Source: an uncultured Alphaproteobacteria bacterium (GTDB lineage Bacteria; Pseudomonadota; Alphaproteobacteria; Rhizobiales; CAWCWK01). From it: a stretch of DNA of 64,000 nt. The stretch lies in the NCBI GenBank assembly GCA_963799285.1, contig CAWCWK010000004.1:270309-334308 (forward strand), read 5' to 3'. The position numbers were made by a program, and so were the translations under genes. The notes under the pieces are model-generated. The model did not search any database and had not been told where the DNA came from. It saw only the letters and a program-made list of their open reading frames with translations. Below, in pieces: positions 35,688 to 43,965 of this stretch. Position 1 is the first letter of the stretch, and each line of letters begins with the position of its first letter.

Positions 35688-38421
35688 CGCTCGATTCCTT
35701 GATGGCCTGGCGCAGTTTCGACGGCGTGACGGGAACCGAACGGATGCGCACGCCGCAGGCGTGGTGGATGGCGTTCAGAAGCGCGGGCGCGGTCGGAATG
35801 AGCACGTGCTCGCCGAGGCCCTTGGCACCGAATGGTCCGTGCGGGTCCGGCACCTCGACGATGAGCGTGTCGATGGGCGGGACGTCGCCGACGGTCGGAA
35901 TGAGATAGTCGTGCAGGTTCTCGGTCCGGCCCGGAAGATACTCCTCCATCAGCGCCATGCCGAGCCCTTGTGCGATGCCACCATGGACCTGGCCCTCGAC
36001 CAGCATCGGGTTGATCGCCTTGCCGACATCGTGCGCCGCGACGAAGCGGACGGGCCTGGTGGTGCCGAGCCGTGTGTCGATCTCGACCACCGCGAGTTGG
36101 GCCGCATAGCCGAACTGCGCATAGGGCGAGCCCTGTCCCTTCTCGTCGAGCGGCTTGGTCGGCGGATCGTAGGTCTCTTCGGCCCGCAGGGCGTAGCCCT
36201 CGCGGTCCGGGGTAAGGCTCGCGGTATCGATCGCATGCTCGCCCGCTACGTCCCGCACGACGATCCGACCGTCGGCAAAGGCGATCGTCGCGTCCTCGGC
36301 CGCGTTCACCTGGCGTAGGATCGTGGCGCGCAGCGCCTCGCCGCACAAGCGCGCCGCGTTGCCGGACACGAAGGTCTGGCGCGAGGCGGAGGTCTTGCCG
36401 GCATCGGGCGTCACGTCCGTATCGCCATAGACGAGCGAGACGTTGGCGACGGAGGCGCCAAGCGCGGTCGCGAAGATCTGGGCAATGACGGTGTTGGCGC
36501 CCTGGCCGATATCCATCGCGCCCTGATGAAGGACGACTTGGCCGTTCGGCCGCACGCCGGCCTTGATGGTCGAGGGGTTGGGCAGCGAGGTGTTGCCGCA
36601 GCCATACCACCCGGCGGCGAGGCCGACGCCGCGCCGCTTGGAGCCGGTCTGACTGTCGTTGAACGCTTCCGCCCTGCCGCGCTCCTCGCTCCAGGCGGGA
36701 CGCAGCGCCTCGAGGCAGGCGCGAATGCCGACGCCGCTTTCAAAGACCTGACCGCAGACAGTGGGCGTGCCGTCTTCGAGCGCATTCAGAATGCGGAACT
36801 CCAAGGGATCGAGTCCCACCGCTTCGGCCAGCTCGTCGAAGAGCGTTTCCTGCGCGATCGCCGATTGCGGCACGCCGAAGCCGCGAAACGCGCCGGCCGG
36901 CGGACAATGCGTGTGAATCCCCTTGGCCTCGGCCCGGTAGTCCGTCACGCGATAGGGGCCCGAGGCGTGGACCGGCACGCGATTGGCGACCGTCGGTCCC
37001 CAGGAGGCATACGCACCAGTGTTGAAGGCGCCGCGAAAGTCGAAGCCCGACAGCGTGCCGTCCTTCTTAGCGCCGATCGTCAGGCGGATGTCCGACGGAT
37101 GGCGCTTGGTGGTCGATTGCAGGGATTCGGTGCGGGTGTAGGTGAGCCGGACCGGCCGGCCGGTCTTCAGCGCGGCGAGCGCAAGGTAAGGCTGGACTGA
37201 GAGATCGAGCTTGGAGCCAAAGCCGCCGCCGACGCCGGTCGGCACGACGCGAATGCGGCTCGCGTCCATGCCCAGGATGATCTCGAGCGACTCCTTGTCC
37301 ATAACGGCGGCTTGGGTACAGGCGTGAACCTCGATGCGGCCACCCACGATCTCGGCAAACCCGGCCTCGGGCTCGATATAGGCGTGCTCGACGAAACCGG
37401 AGACGAACGATCCTTCGACCGTCACGTCTGCCTCCGCCAGCGCGGCCTTCGGATCGCCGCAGGTCACGAAGCCGGTGCACATCAGGTTGCCGCCCCGGCC
37501 TTCATGCAGCTGCGCGGCGCCTGCGTCTCGGGCCTCGGCGACCGTGCGGGCCGCCTCGCGCTCCGTCCAAGTGACGGGGAAGGTCTCGGGATCGAAGGTG
37601 CGGATCGCGTCCGGCTGGCCGACCACGGCCGCGACCGCCTCGCCGCGAAAGCGTGCGACGCCTTCGGCAAAGACCGGCTGGTCGGCGAAGGCGGGGATGA
37701 CGCCGAACAGGTTCTTGCCCGGAATATCCGCCGCCGTCAGAACGGCCTCCACGCCGGGGGTCTTGGCGGCCCAGGCCTCCAGATCACCAAAGGCGAAGGC
37801 GGCGTGCGGATAGGGCGAGCGCACGACCTTGATCTCGAGCGTTCCGGCCGGCGCCACGTCGTCGCCATAGCGCTCCGCGCCGGTCAGCTTGTCGGCGCCG
37901 TCGAGCCGGCGGATCGCATCGCCCGCGACGCCTTCGCCATGGAGGGCCGGCGCGACGCCGCGTACGGCGTCGATGATCTTTCGGTAGCCCGTGCAGCGGC
38001 AAAGCACGCCGCCGAGCGCATTCTCGGTCTCACGCTCGCTCGGGCTCGCATTGTCGCGCAGCAGGGCGACGGCCGATACGACCATGCCGGGCGTGCAGAT
38101 GCCGCATTGCGCGGCGCCGTGGTCCTGGAAGCGCTCGGCGAGGTCTTGCGCGATCGGATCGGCTTCGGCGAGGCCGGCGGCCGTCACGACCTCGCAATCG
38201 GCACACTGATGCGCCGGAACGAGGCAGGCGCAGGCCACGTCGCCGTCAATGAGAACGCTACAGGCGCCGCAATCGCCGGCATTGCAGCCGATCTTGACGT
38301 CGCGGGCGCCCAGCCGCTCACGCAGAGCTTCGGACAGGCGCTCGCCGGGATAGGGATCGATCTCGACCGGCCGCCCGTTGAGGCGGAACGCAATGCGCGT
38401 ATCGACGACTTTCTGGTCCAT
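35680..38421 (-). CDS. Molybdopterin hydroxylase, fused [2Fe-2S] small-subunit and MoCo large-subunit polypeptide; candidate nicotinate dehydrogenase
   Basis: ATG at 38421 shares 1 nt with the FAD-subunit stop. The N-terminus has CNAGDCGACSV and QCGICTPGMV...CRCTGY (two 2Fe-2S motifs). An aldehyde-oxidase/xanthine-dehydrogenase a/b hammerhead and MoCo-binding region follow, for 913 aa in total. Confidence 0.85.
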   Translation of the reverse strand: MDQKVVDTRIAFRLNGRPVEIDPYPGERLSEALRERLGARDVKIGCNAGDCGACSVLIDGDVACACLVPAHQCADCEVVTAAGLAEADPIAQDLAERFQDHGAAQCGICTPGMVVSAVALLRDNASPSERETENALGGVLCRCTGYRKIIDAVRGVAPALHGEGVAGDAIRRLDGADKLTGAERYGDDVAPAGTLEIKVVRSPYPHAAFAFGDLEAWAAKTPGVEAVLTAADIPGKNLFGVIPAFADQPVFAEGVARFRGEAVAAVVGQPDAIRTFDPETFPVTWTEREAARTVAEARDAGAAQLHEGRGGNLMCTGFVTCGDPKAALAEADVTVEGSFVSGFVEHAYIEPEAGFAEIVGGRIEVHACTQAAVMDKESLEIILGMDASRIRVVPTGVGGGFGSKLDLSVQPYLALAALKTGRPVRLTYTRTESLQSTTKRHPSDIRLTIGAKKDGTLSGFDFRGAFNTGAYASWGPTVANRVPVHASGPYRVTDYRAEAKGIHTHCPPAGAFRGFGVPQSAIAQETLFDELAEAVGLDPLEFRILNALEDGTPTVCGQVFESGVGIRACLEALRPAWSEERGRAEAFNDSQTGSKRRGVGLAAGWYGCGNTSLPNPSTIKAGVRPNGQVVLHQGAMDIGQGANTVIAQIFATALGASVANVSLVYGDTDVTPDAGKTSASRQTFVSGNAARLCGEALRATILRQVNAAEDATIAFADGRIVVRDVAGEHAIDTASLTPDREGYALRAEETYDPPTKPLDEKGQGSPYAQFGYAAQLAVVEIDTRLGTTRPVRFVAAHDVGKAINPMLVEGQVHGGIAQGLGMALMEEYLPGRTENLHDYLIPTVGDVPPIDTLIVEVPDPHGPFGAKGLGEHVLIPTAPALLNAIHHACGVRIRSVPVTPSKLRQAIKESSDV

Positions 38422-39266
38422 CAGACGACCTCCTCGCCACAGGCGCGCAAGACGGCGCGGCGACACAGTTCGCAGACGACGTCGAGCCGGTACGCCGCCG
38501 AGCCGCGCACGTCCGAGATCGGATCGAGCGGCGTCAGAAGCGCGGGATCCTCCAGCTGCGCATCGCGCAAGTCGGCAACCGCCATGCCCTCCAGTTGCCG
38601 CTCCAGCGCATCCAGCCGCTCGGCCACCGGAGAGCAGCTTCCGACCGCGACGCGCGCGTCCGTGATCCGGCCGTCCCGCACCGTGGCAACGGCCGCGACC
38701 ATGGCGATCGAGATGACCAGATATTTGCGGGCGCCGAGCTTTTCGAACGCACTGCCCGCATCGCCAGCGACGGATGGGATGTGAAGCGCGGAGACGAGCT
38801 CGCCGTCCTTAAGAGCCGTCTTGCGCACACCCTGGACGAACTGGCGCAGCGGCATCGTGCGGGCGCCCTCGAGGCCGCTCACCTCGACATGCGCGTCAAG
38901 CGCGAGAAGGGGCGGAACGCCATCCGCAGCCGGCGAGGCGTTGCAGATATTACCGGCAAGCGTCGCGCGGTTCTGAATTTGGGCGGAGCCGACCTGGAGG
39001 GCAGCCTGCTTCAAGGCATCGAAGGCAGGCGGCAGATCGGCCCTGACCACATCAGTCCAAGTCGTCGCCGCGCCGATACGCCAGCCGTCATCGACCCGGC
39101 GGATACCGCGCAAGCCTTCGATCCGCGTGATATCCAGCGCTCGGTGAGGGGGATGGCCGGGCGCCATGGAGGGAAAGACGTCCGTTCCCCCGGCGATCAC
39201 TTGGCCGCCGGAGACGTTGAGCGTCGTCAGCGCCTCGGCCAAACTCGTCGCGACAGTGTAGGACAA
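38421..39266 (-). CDS. FAD-binding subunit of a molybdopterin hydroxylase (CoxM/XdhB-like)
   Basis: TTG start at 39266 with GGAGAG upstream. Blocks: VIAGGTDVFPSM, IQNRATLAGNICNASPAAD and DVRGSAAYR. Confidence 0.85.
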   Translation of the reverse strand: MSYTVATSLAEALTTLNVSGGQVIAGGTDVFPSMAPGHPPHRALDITRIEGLRGIRRVDDGWRIGAATTWTDVVRADLPPAFDALKQAALQVGSAQIQNRATLAGNICNASPAADGVPPLLALDAHVEVSGLEGARTMPLRQFVQGVRKTALKDGELVSALHIPSVAGDAGSAFEKLGARKYLVISIAMVAAVATVRDGRITDARVAVGSCSPVAERLDALERQLEGMAVADLRDAQLEDPALLTPLDPISDVRGSAAYRLDVVCELCRRAVLRACGEEVV

Positions 39267-39285
39267 CGTCCGCTCTCCGCCCGCT

Positions 39286-39309
39286 AGATCATTTGCATGC
39301 TAACATTAT
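39286..39309. promoter_or_regulatory. Degenerate operator-like site AGATCATTTGCATGCTAACATTAT immediately upstream of the hydroxylase operon
   Basis: It matches the enamidase palindrome at 15 of 24 positions, including the contiguous CATGCTAAC core. It lies 20-43 nt upstream of the TTG start at 39266. Confidence 0.4.
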
Positions 39310-39405
39310 CGACACCAGACCGGGTGATGTCAACGCAAGGCTCGGGCGTCGATGCCGGTGGCCAATCCGTTCCTGCCGGCAGCCCGCCGTCAAGGGCGAG
39401 ACGGA

Positions 39406-39852
39406 CTAGCCGAGCTTGGCGAGAAGGCTGAGAAAGACCGTCTGATCCGCTGGGCTCAGTGGCGCCAGCGTCTCGCGAGTGATGGCGGCGCCTGCCGCAT
39501 AGAGCTGCCGGGCAAACTCCTGATGGCCCGGCGCGATGGAGAGCAGCGTGCGGCGCTGGTCGTTGGGATCGGCCTTGGCGGCGACCAAGCCCTTGCGCCG
39601 CAGGCGATCGACCACGCCCTTGATGGTCGCTACGTCCATCGCCGTCTGACGGCCGAGCTCGTTTTGCGAGCAATGGCCGAGTTCCACGAGCTTTGCGAGG
39701 GCCGCGAACTGCGTGGGCGTCACGTCGAGCGGGATCAGCTTCTGGAAGATCGCCGTGTGGCGCTGGGTCGCCTGGCGCAACAGGAACCCGACCTGCGTTT
39801 CGAGGACATAGGCTCTGTCCTTCGCCTCTCTCTCCTCGACTGCCAGACTCAT
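39406..39852 (-). CDS. MarR-family transcriptional regulator
   Basis: ATG at 39852 has GGAG 8 nt upstream. QVGFLLRQATQRHTAIFQKLIPLDVTPTQFAALAKLVELGHCSQNELGRQTAMDVATIKGVVDRLRRKGLV...DPNDQRRTLLSI is a winged helix-turn-helix. Confidence 0.85.
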   Translation of the reverse strand: MSLAVEEREAKDRAYVLETQVGFLLRQATQRHTAIFQKLIPLDVTPTQFAALAKLVELGHCSQNELGRQTAMDVATIKGVVDRLRRKGLVAAKADPNDQRRTLLSIAPGHQEFARQLYAAGAAITRETLAPLSPADQTVFLSLLAKLG

Positions 39853-39966
39853 CTCGTACTCCAAAGCTCGCCAGAGGCGCTGTTGAGAGGCCTTGGGGAT
39901 CTCCCAGTCATGCCACGACCATCCCTCGATGGGAAACCCGCCTTGCTCCGTCCTCACCAAGGGCAC

Positions 39967-39983
39967 GAACGAAATCGTCGTTC
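39967..39983. promoter_or_regulatory. Inverted repeat GAACGA-AATCG-TCGTTC in the marR-enamidase divergent region
   Basis: It uses the same AACGA/TCGTT words as the other sites but in everted order with a 5-nt spacer. It lies 115 nt upstream of the marR start chosen here. Confidence 0.3.
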
Positions 39984-40096
39984 AACACGCGGTTCCACCG
40001 TCGGGCAGCACATTCGGTAGCCGGCGTCGACCCGCGCCGGAGCCCGCGGCGCATAGCCGTGGTCGAACCCGGACCTTCATATTGATGCACTGCCGA

Positions 40097-40120
40097 AATT
40101 CGTTATCATGCTAACGAATT
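40097..40120. promoter_or_regulatory. Perfect 24-bp operator-like palindrome AATTCGTTA-TCATGC-TAACGAATT directly upstream of the enamidase RBS
   Basis: 9-bp perfect arms were read directly. It ends 3 nt before GGGGAGG and 18 nt before the ATG at 40139. Confidence 0.6.
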
Positions 40121-40138
40121 ATTGGGGAGGTCGAAACG

Positions 40139-41332
40139 ATGGCGGACGCCGCGAGCAAGCTGGTCGTGAGGAATATCGGGCTGCTTCTGACGGGCAAGAT
40201 CGAGGCGCCGATAGCGGACGGGGACTGCGTGATCGCCATCGACGGGCGCATTCACGCCTTCGGCTACGAGCGCGACCTCGACACCGAAGGCGCCGATACG
40301 ATCGTCGACGCCAAGGGCGTCACACTCGCGCCCGGCCTCATCGACAGCCATGTCCACCCGGTCGTCGGCGATTACACGCCCCGCCAGCAGCAGCTCCACT
40401 GGATCGATTCGACCTTGCATGGCGGCGTCACGACCATGATCTCAGCCGGCGAGGTACACATGCCGGGCCGCCCGAAGGACATCGTCGGCCTCAAGGCGAT
40501 GGCGATCGCGGCGCAGCGTTGGTACGAGAACTTTCGCCCCTCCGGCGTCAAGGTGCTTGCCGGCGCCCCCGTCATCGAGCACGGCATGGAGGAGCACGAC
40601 TTCAAGGAACTGGCCGACGCCGGCGTGCGGTTCCTCGGCGAGGTCGGTCTCGGCACCGTCAAAGACGGCAAGACAGCCAACCAGATGGTCTCCTGGGCGC
40701 GCAAATACGGCATCCAGTCGACGATCCACACGGGCGGACCCTCGATCCCCGGCTCGGGGCTCATCGACGCGGACATGGTGCTGGAGACCGGCACCGATGT
40801 CGTCGGGCATATTAATGGCGGCCACTCGGCCCTGCCAGACGATCAGATCGTCTGCCTCTGCGAGAACTGCGCCAAGGGCCTCGAGATCGTCCACAACGGC
40901 AACGAGCGGGCCGCCCTCTTGACGCTCAACACGGCGCGAGAGCTCGACAAGCTCGACCAGATCATCCTCGGAACGGACGGGCCGGCCGGCTCCGGCGTGC
41001 AGCCTTTGGGCATCTTGCGCATGGTCGCCATGTTGTCCGCGCTCGGCAATGTCGATGCTGCGACGGCCTTCTGCTTCGCCAACGGCAACACGGCCCGCCA
41101 GCGCGAACTCGATACCGGCCTGCTCGAGAAGGGCTATGCCGCCGATTTCGTCCTCATGGACCAGGCCCAGCACGCGCCCGGCAAGGACATTCTGGAGAGC
41201 GTGCAGCTCGGCAACCTGCCGGGCGTCGGCATGACGATCATCGACGGCGTCGTGCGCTCCATGCGCAGCCGCAACACGCCTCCGGCGCACAAGCTGCCTG
41301 AACTGGTGTCGGGCCCCCGTCCGGCTGCCTGA
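40139..41332 (+). CDS. ena: Enamidase (1,4,5,6-tetrahydro-6-oxonicotinate amidohydrolase) homologue
   Basis: It is colinear with the E. barkeri enzyme as I recall it: DSHVHPVVGDYTPRQ, LHGGVTTMISAGEVHMPGRPKD, GVKVLAGA, GEVGLGTVK, HTGGPSIPGSG, GHINGGHSA, LGILRM and SRNTPPA. Length is 397 aa. Confidence 0.8.
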   Translation: MADAASKLVVRNIGLLLTGKIEAPIADGDCVIAIDGRIHAFGYERDLDTEGADTIVDAKGVTLAPGLIDSHVHPVVGDYTPRQQQLHWIDSTLHGGVTTMISAGEVHMPGRPKDIVGLKAMAIAAQRWYENFRPSGVKVLAGAPVIEHGMEEHDFKELADAGVRFLGEVGLGTVKDGKTANQMVSWARKYGIQSTIHTGGPSIPGSGLIDADMVLETGTDVVGHINGGHSALPDDQIVCLCENCAKGLEIVHNGNERAALLTLNTARELDKLDQIILGTDGPAGSGVQPLGILRMVAMLSALGNVDAATAFCFANGNTARQRELDTGLLEKGYAADFVLMDQAQHAPGKDILESVQLGNLPGVGMTIIDGVVRSMRSRNTPPAHKLPELVSGPRPAA

Positions 41333-41615
41333 CGGTCTGCTCGCTCTGCCGCATGGTCCCATGCCTTCTAGCCGTCGCCGAGATCAGCGTCCCGACCTGG
41401 TCGCCCCCCGGCGGCATGATCACGGACCCGGAGTAGCTCAGCCAAGCCGACAGACCGTCCAGAATGGAGAGACCACCGCTCGTGGCTCGGGCCCCTGGTG
41501 ATGGTCGGTCGCACGGCACGCGGTCATATCCTCGTATCGCCTCGACAAGTTCCTGATTGCATATTCTCCGCCGGCCTGAAAAAGCCCTTGGCGACATGTC
41601 GACGGGGCGCAACGC

Positions 41616-42341
41616 ATGACTTCCGCCATTCTTCCTATCCTCGACCCTGGTCGCGCGGACGCGTCGACCGATCCGGCGGTCTGGGTCGCCGGCGTCTTGC
41701 GCGATCGTATCGTCAAGGGATCCTACCCGTCGGGATCGCGGATCGTGGAGCGAACCGTGTCCGCCGAGCTTGCGGTGTCGCGGACGCCCGTGCGCGAGGC
41801 TCTCAAGTTGCTTCACGCCGATGGCCTCGTCAGGATCTCGCGGCACAAGGGCGCCCACGTCCTCCCATACGATGCGGACGAGGCCCTCGCCCTCTTCGAG
41901 GTCCTCGCGGCGCTGGAGGGCATGGCTGCGGAACGGCTTGCGAGCACAATAGATGATGGGGCGTTTACCGCTCTGGAAAGTCTGCACGCCCGGATGATGA
42001 ACCGCTACGAGGCTGGCGATCTGGAGGGCTATTTCGACAGCAATACCGAGATTCATGATCGGATCGTCGAAGGGTGCGCAAATCCCATCCTCATCGATAC
42101 CTATGGCCGGCTCATCGCGCGCGCCCGACGTGGCCGATATCTCGCGATCATGGACCCGCGCCGGCTGGAGGAGGCCGTCGCGGAGCATGAAGGCCTGATG
42201 GCTGCGCTGCGCCGGCGGCATCCGGGGGATGCAGCCGGCATCTGGCGCCGGCACCTGCTACATTCGGGCGAGACGGTCGCCAAGGCCATCAGCGCGAGGG
42301 CCGTTAGTCCGACGGCCACCCAGTCGGGGCACGCGAGCTGA
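41616..42341 (+). CDS. GntR-family (FadR/FCD subfamily) transcriptional regulator
   Basis: ERTVSAELAVSRTPVREALKLLHADGLVRISRHKGAHV is the winged helix-turn-helix. An all-helical FCD-like C-domain follows. Confidence 0.85.
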   Translation: MTSAILPILDPGRADASTDPAVWVAGVLRDRIVKGSYPSGSRIVERTVSAELAVSRTPVREALKLLHADGLVRISRHKGAHVLPYDADEALALFEVLAALEGMAAERLASTIDDGAFTALESLHARMMNRYEAGDLEGYFDSNTEIHDRIVEGCANPILIDTYGRLIARARRGRYLAIMDPRRLEEAVAEHEGLMAALRRRHPGDAAGIWRRHLLHSGETVAKAISARAVSPTATQSGHAS

Positions 42342-42713
42342 GGCGAGGACGCCGAAAGTCCTTTGCCGCCGCGCGGGTCCATGGGGCTCGGCCACGCGAC
42401 GCGCATCCGCGATTAGGTGTCCATGTCCACGCGGCCCGACCGTCGGTCAGGTTGCCGGCCGAACTGGAGTGGCCGACCATGCCCATACCGGCGATGACGG
42501 GCCGAAGATGAGGCGCCTGCGTGTACCAGTCGTCCTGCGTGCGGGCTTGAGCGCGAGCCTTGATGCGATCCTCCGGATCCCTTCGTCCCGCCCAATATCG
42601 ATATCGGCGTCGAATCGGACCCCCGGCTTCCCTCGTCAGCAGCGCCACGTTCCGAAGGCGCAGGCTCATCACGGCATCCTGATCTGACAATGGATGCGGC
42701 AGACCGCGCCATC

Positions 42714-42753
42714 AATTGCTCAAATATTCATCGATCCGAAGATATGAGCAATT
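42714..42753. promoter_or_regulatory. 9-bp perfect inverted repeat AATTGCTCA-N22-TGAGCAATT upstream of the ABC/hydantoinase operon
   Basis: Read directly. It sits in a locally AT-richer stretch 128-167 nt upstream of the binding-protein start. A separate 12-bp palindrome ATGGCATGCCAT lies at 42804-42815. Confidence 0.35.
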
Positions 42754-42880
42754 TAACGCCATGTCGGACTTGCGCGACGCCGTCCCCTTCGCTCTAGATC
42801 AAATGGCATGCCATTCGCAAACCGGCGGACGACCGGTGATTGGATCGCAATTTCCAACGCTACCGAAAGGCGAAAACGTT

Positions 42881-43951
42881 ATGACTCACCACGACTTACC
42901 GGGTTCGATCTCAGCCAGTATCGGACGCCGGACGCTTCTGAAGACGGCTGGCGCCTTTGCTATCGGCACGCTGGCGTCGCCCGCCATCCTGCGCGCGCAG
43001 ACGACCGAGATCGTCGTCGGCTGCGCCGGCTCGCACACCGCCTGGATGGAGGCGATCGTGGCGCCCCACATGAAGGCGGCGATCGGCGCGGACATTCTCT
43101 TCGAGGGCACCAAGTCTTCGGTGAACCTCGAGAAGATGTCGTCCAACAAGGATGACCCCTACCTCTCGGTCGTACAGATGGACGATCCGGTCATGATCCA
43201 GGCGGTGGAGGCCGACCTCCTGACGCCGATCGTGCCGGACGCGGTGCCGAACATGACGGATCTACGCGACGGCGCCGTCCACATGGACGGGATGTGGTGC
43301 AACTACGTCCAGCCCTGGGCGGGTATCGCCTATAACACGGATGCGAAGGGGGGCGTCTCGTCCTGGGCGGAGCTGTGGGATCCGGCCAACCAAGGCCAGA
43401 TCATCATCATCCCGTCGCTGCAGAACACGGAAGGGATGTGGACGCTCTTCGCCGCCGCCATGCTGGGCACGGGCAAGCCCTTCGCGGAAGCCCAATACGA
43501 GATCGACGCCGCCTTCGCCAAGCTGGAAGAGCTGAAGCCCAACCTGTTGTCGGTCTACACGACGATGAGCCAGGCGTTCAACCTGCTCGAACAGGGCGAG
43601 ATCGCCATGCTGTCGGGCAACTTCTCGTCCTACACCCTGCCGCGCAAGGCCGAGGGGGTGCCGGTCGAACTGGCCGCGCCGAGCGAGGGCATCTTCGCGA
43701 TGCCGTCAGGCATTTGCCTCGTCAAGGGCGGCCCCAACCCGGAGCTCGCGGCAGCCTATGTCAACGAGATGCTGGGGCCGAAGCTTCAGGCGGAGATCGC
43801 CGATTTCGCGACCTCGGTGCCGGCCAATACGACCGTCTCGGCCGGTGCCGTCATACCCGATGGCGTGCCGATCTATAGCCCGGACTGGGCCTTCGTCGCC
43901 GCGAACCGCCGCGCGTGGATCGACCGTTTCGACAAGCTGATGGCCCTCTAG
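42881..43951 (+). CDS. PotD/family-1 ABC substrate-binding protein with Tat-type signal
   Basis: I take the internal ATG at 42881 of ORF 42716..43951. The N-terminus is MTHHDLPGSISASIGRRTLLKTAGAFAIGTLASPAILRA. Confidence 0.8.
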   Translation: MTHHDLPGSISASIGRRTLLKTAGAFAIGTLASPAILRAQTTEIVVGCAGSHTAWMEAIVAPHMKAAIGADILFEGTKSSVNLEKMSSNKDDPYLSVVQMDDPVMIQAVEADLLTPIVPDAVPNMTDLRDGAVHMDGMWCNYVQPWAGIAYNTDAKGGVSSWAELWDPANQGQIIIIPSLQNTEGMWTLFAAAMLGTGKPFAEAQYEIDAAFAKLEELKPNLLSVYTTMSQAFNLLEQGEIAMLSGNFSSYTLPRKAEGVPVELAAPSEGIFAMPSGICLVKGGPNPELAAAYVNEMLGPKLQAEIADFATSVPANTTVSAGAVIPDGVPIYSPDWAFVAANRRAWIDRFDKLMAL

Positions 43952-43965
43952 GGCTCGAGGCGGAC

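Noticed and set aside
41238-42254. 338-aa minus-strand ORF spanning the enamidase-GntR intergenic region and the GntR gene.
   Set aside because: It is antisense to a well-supported GntR gene and has no family signature. It is a typical high-GC shadow ORF.
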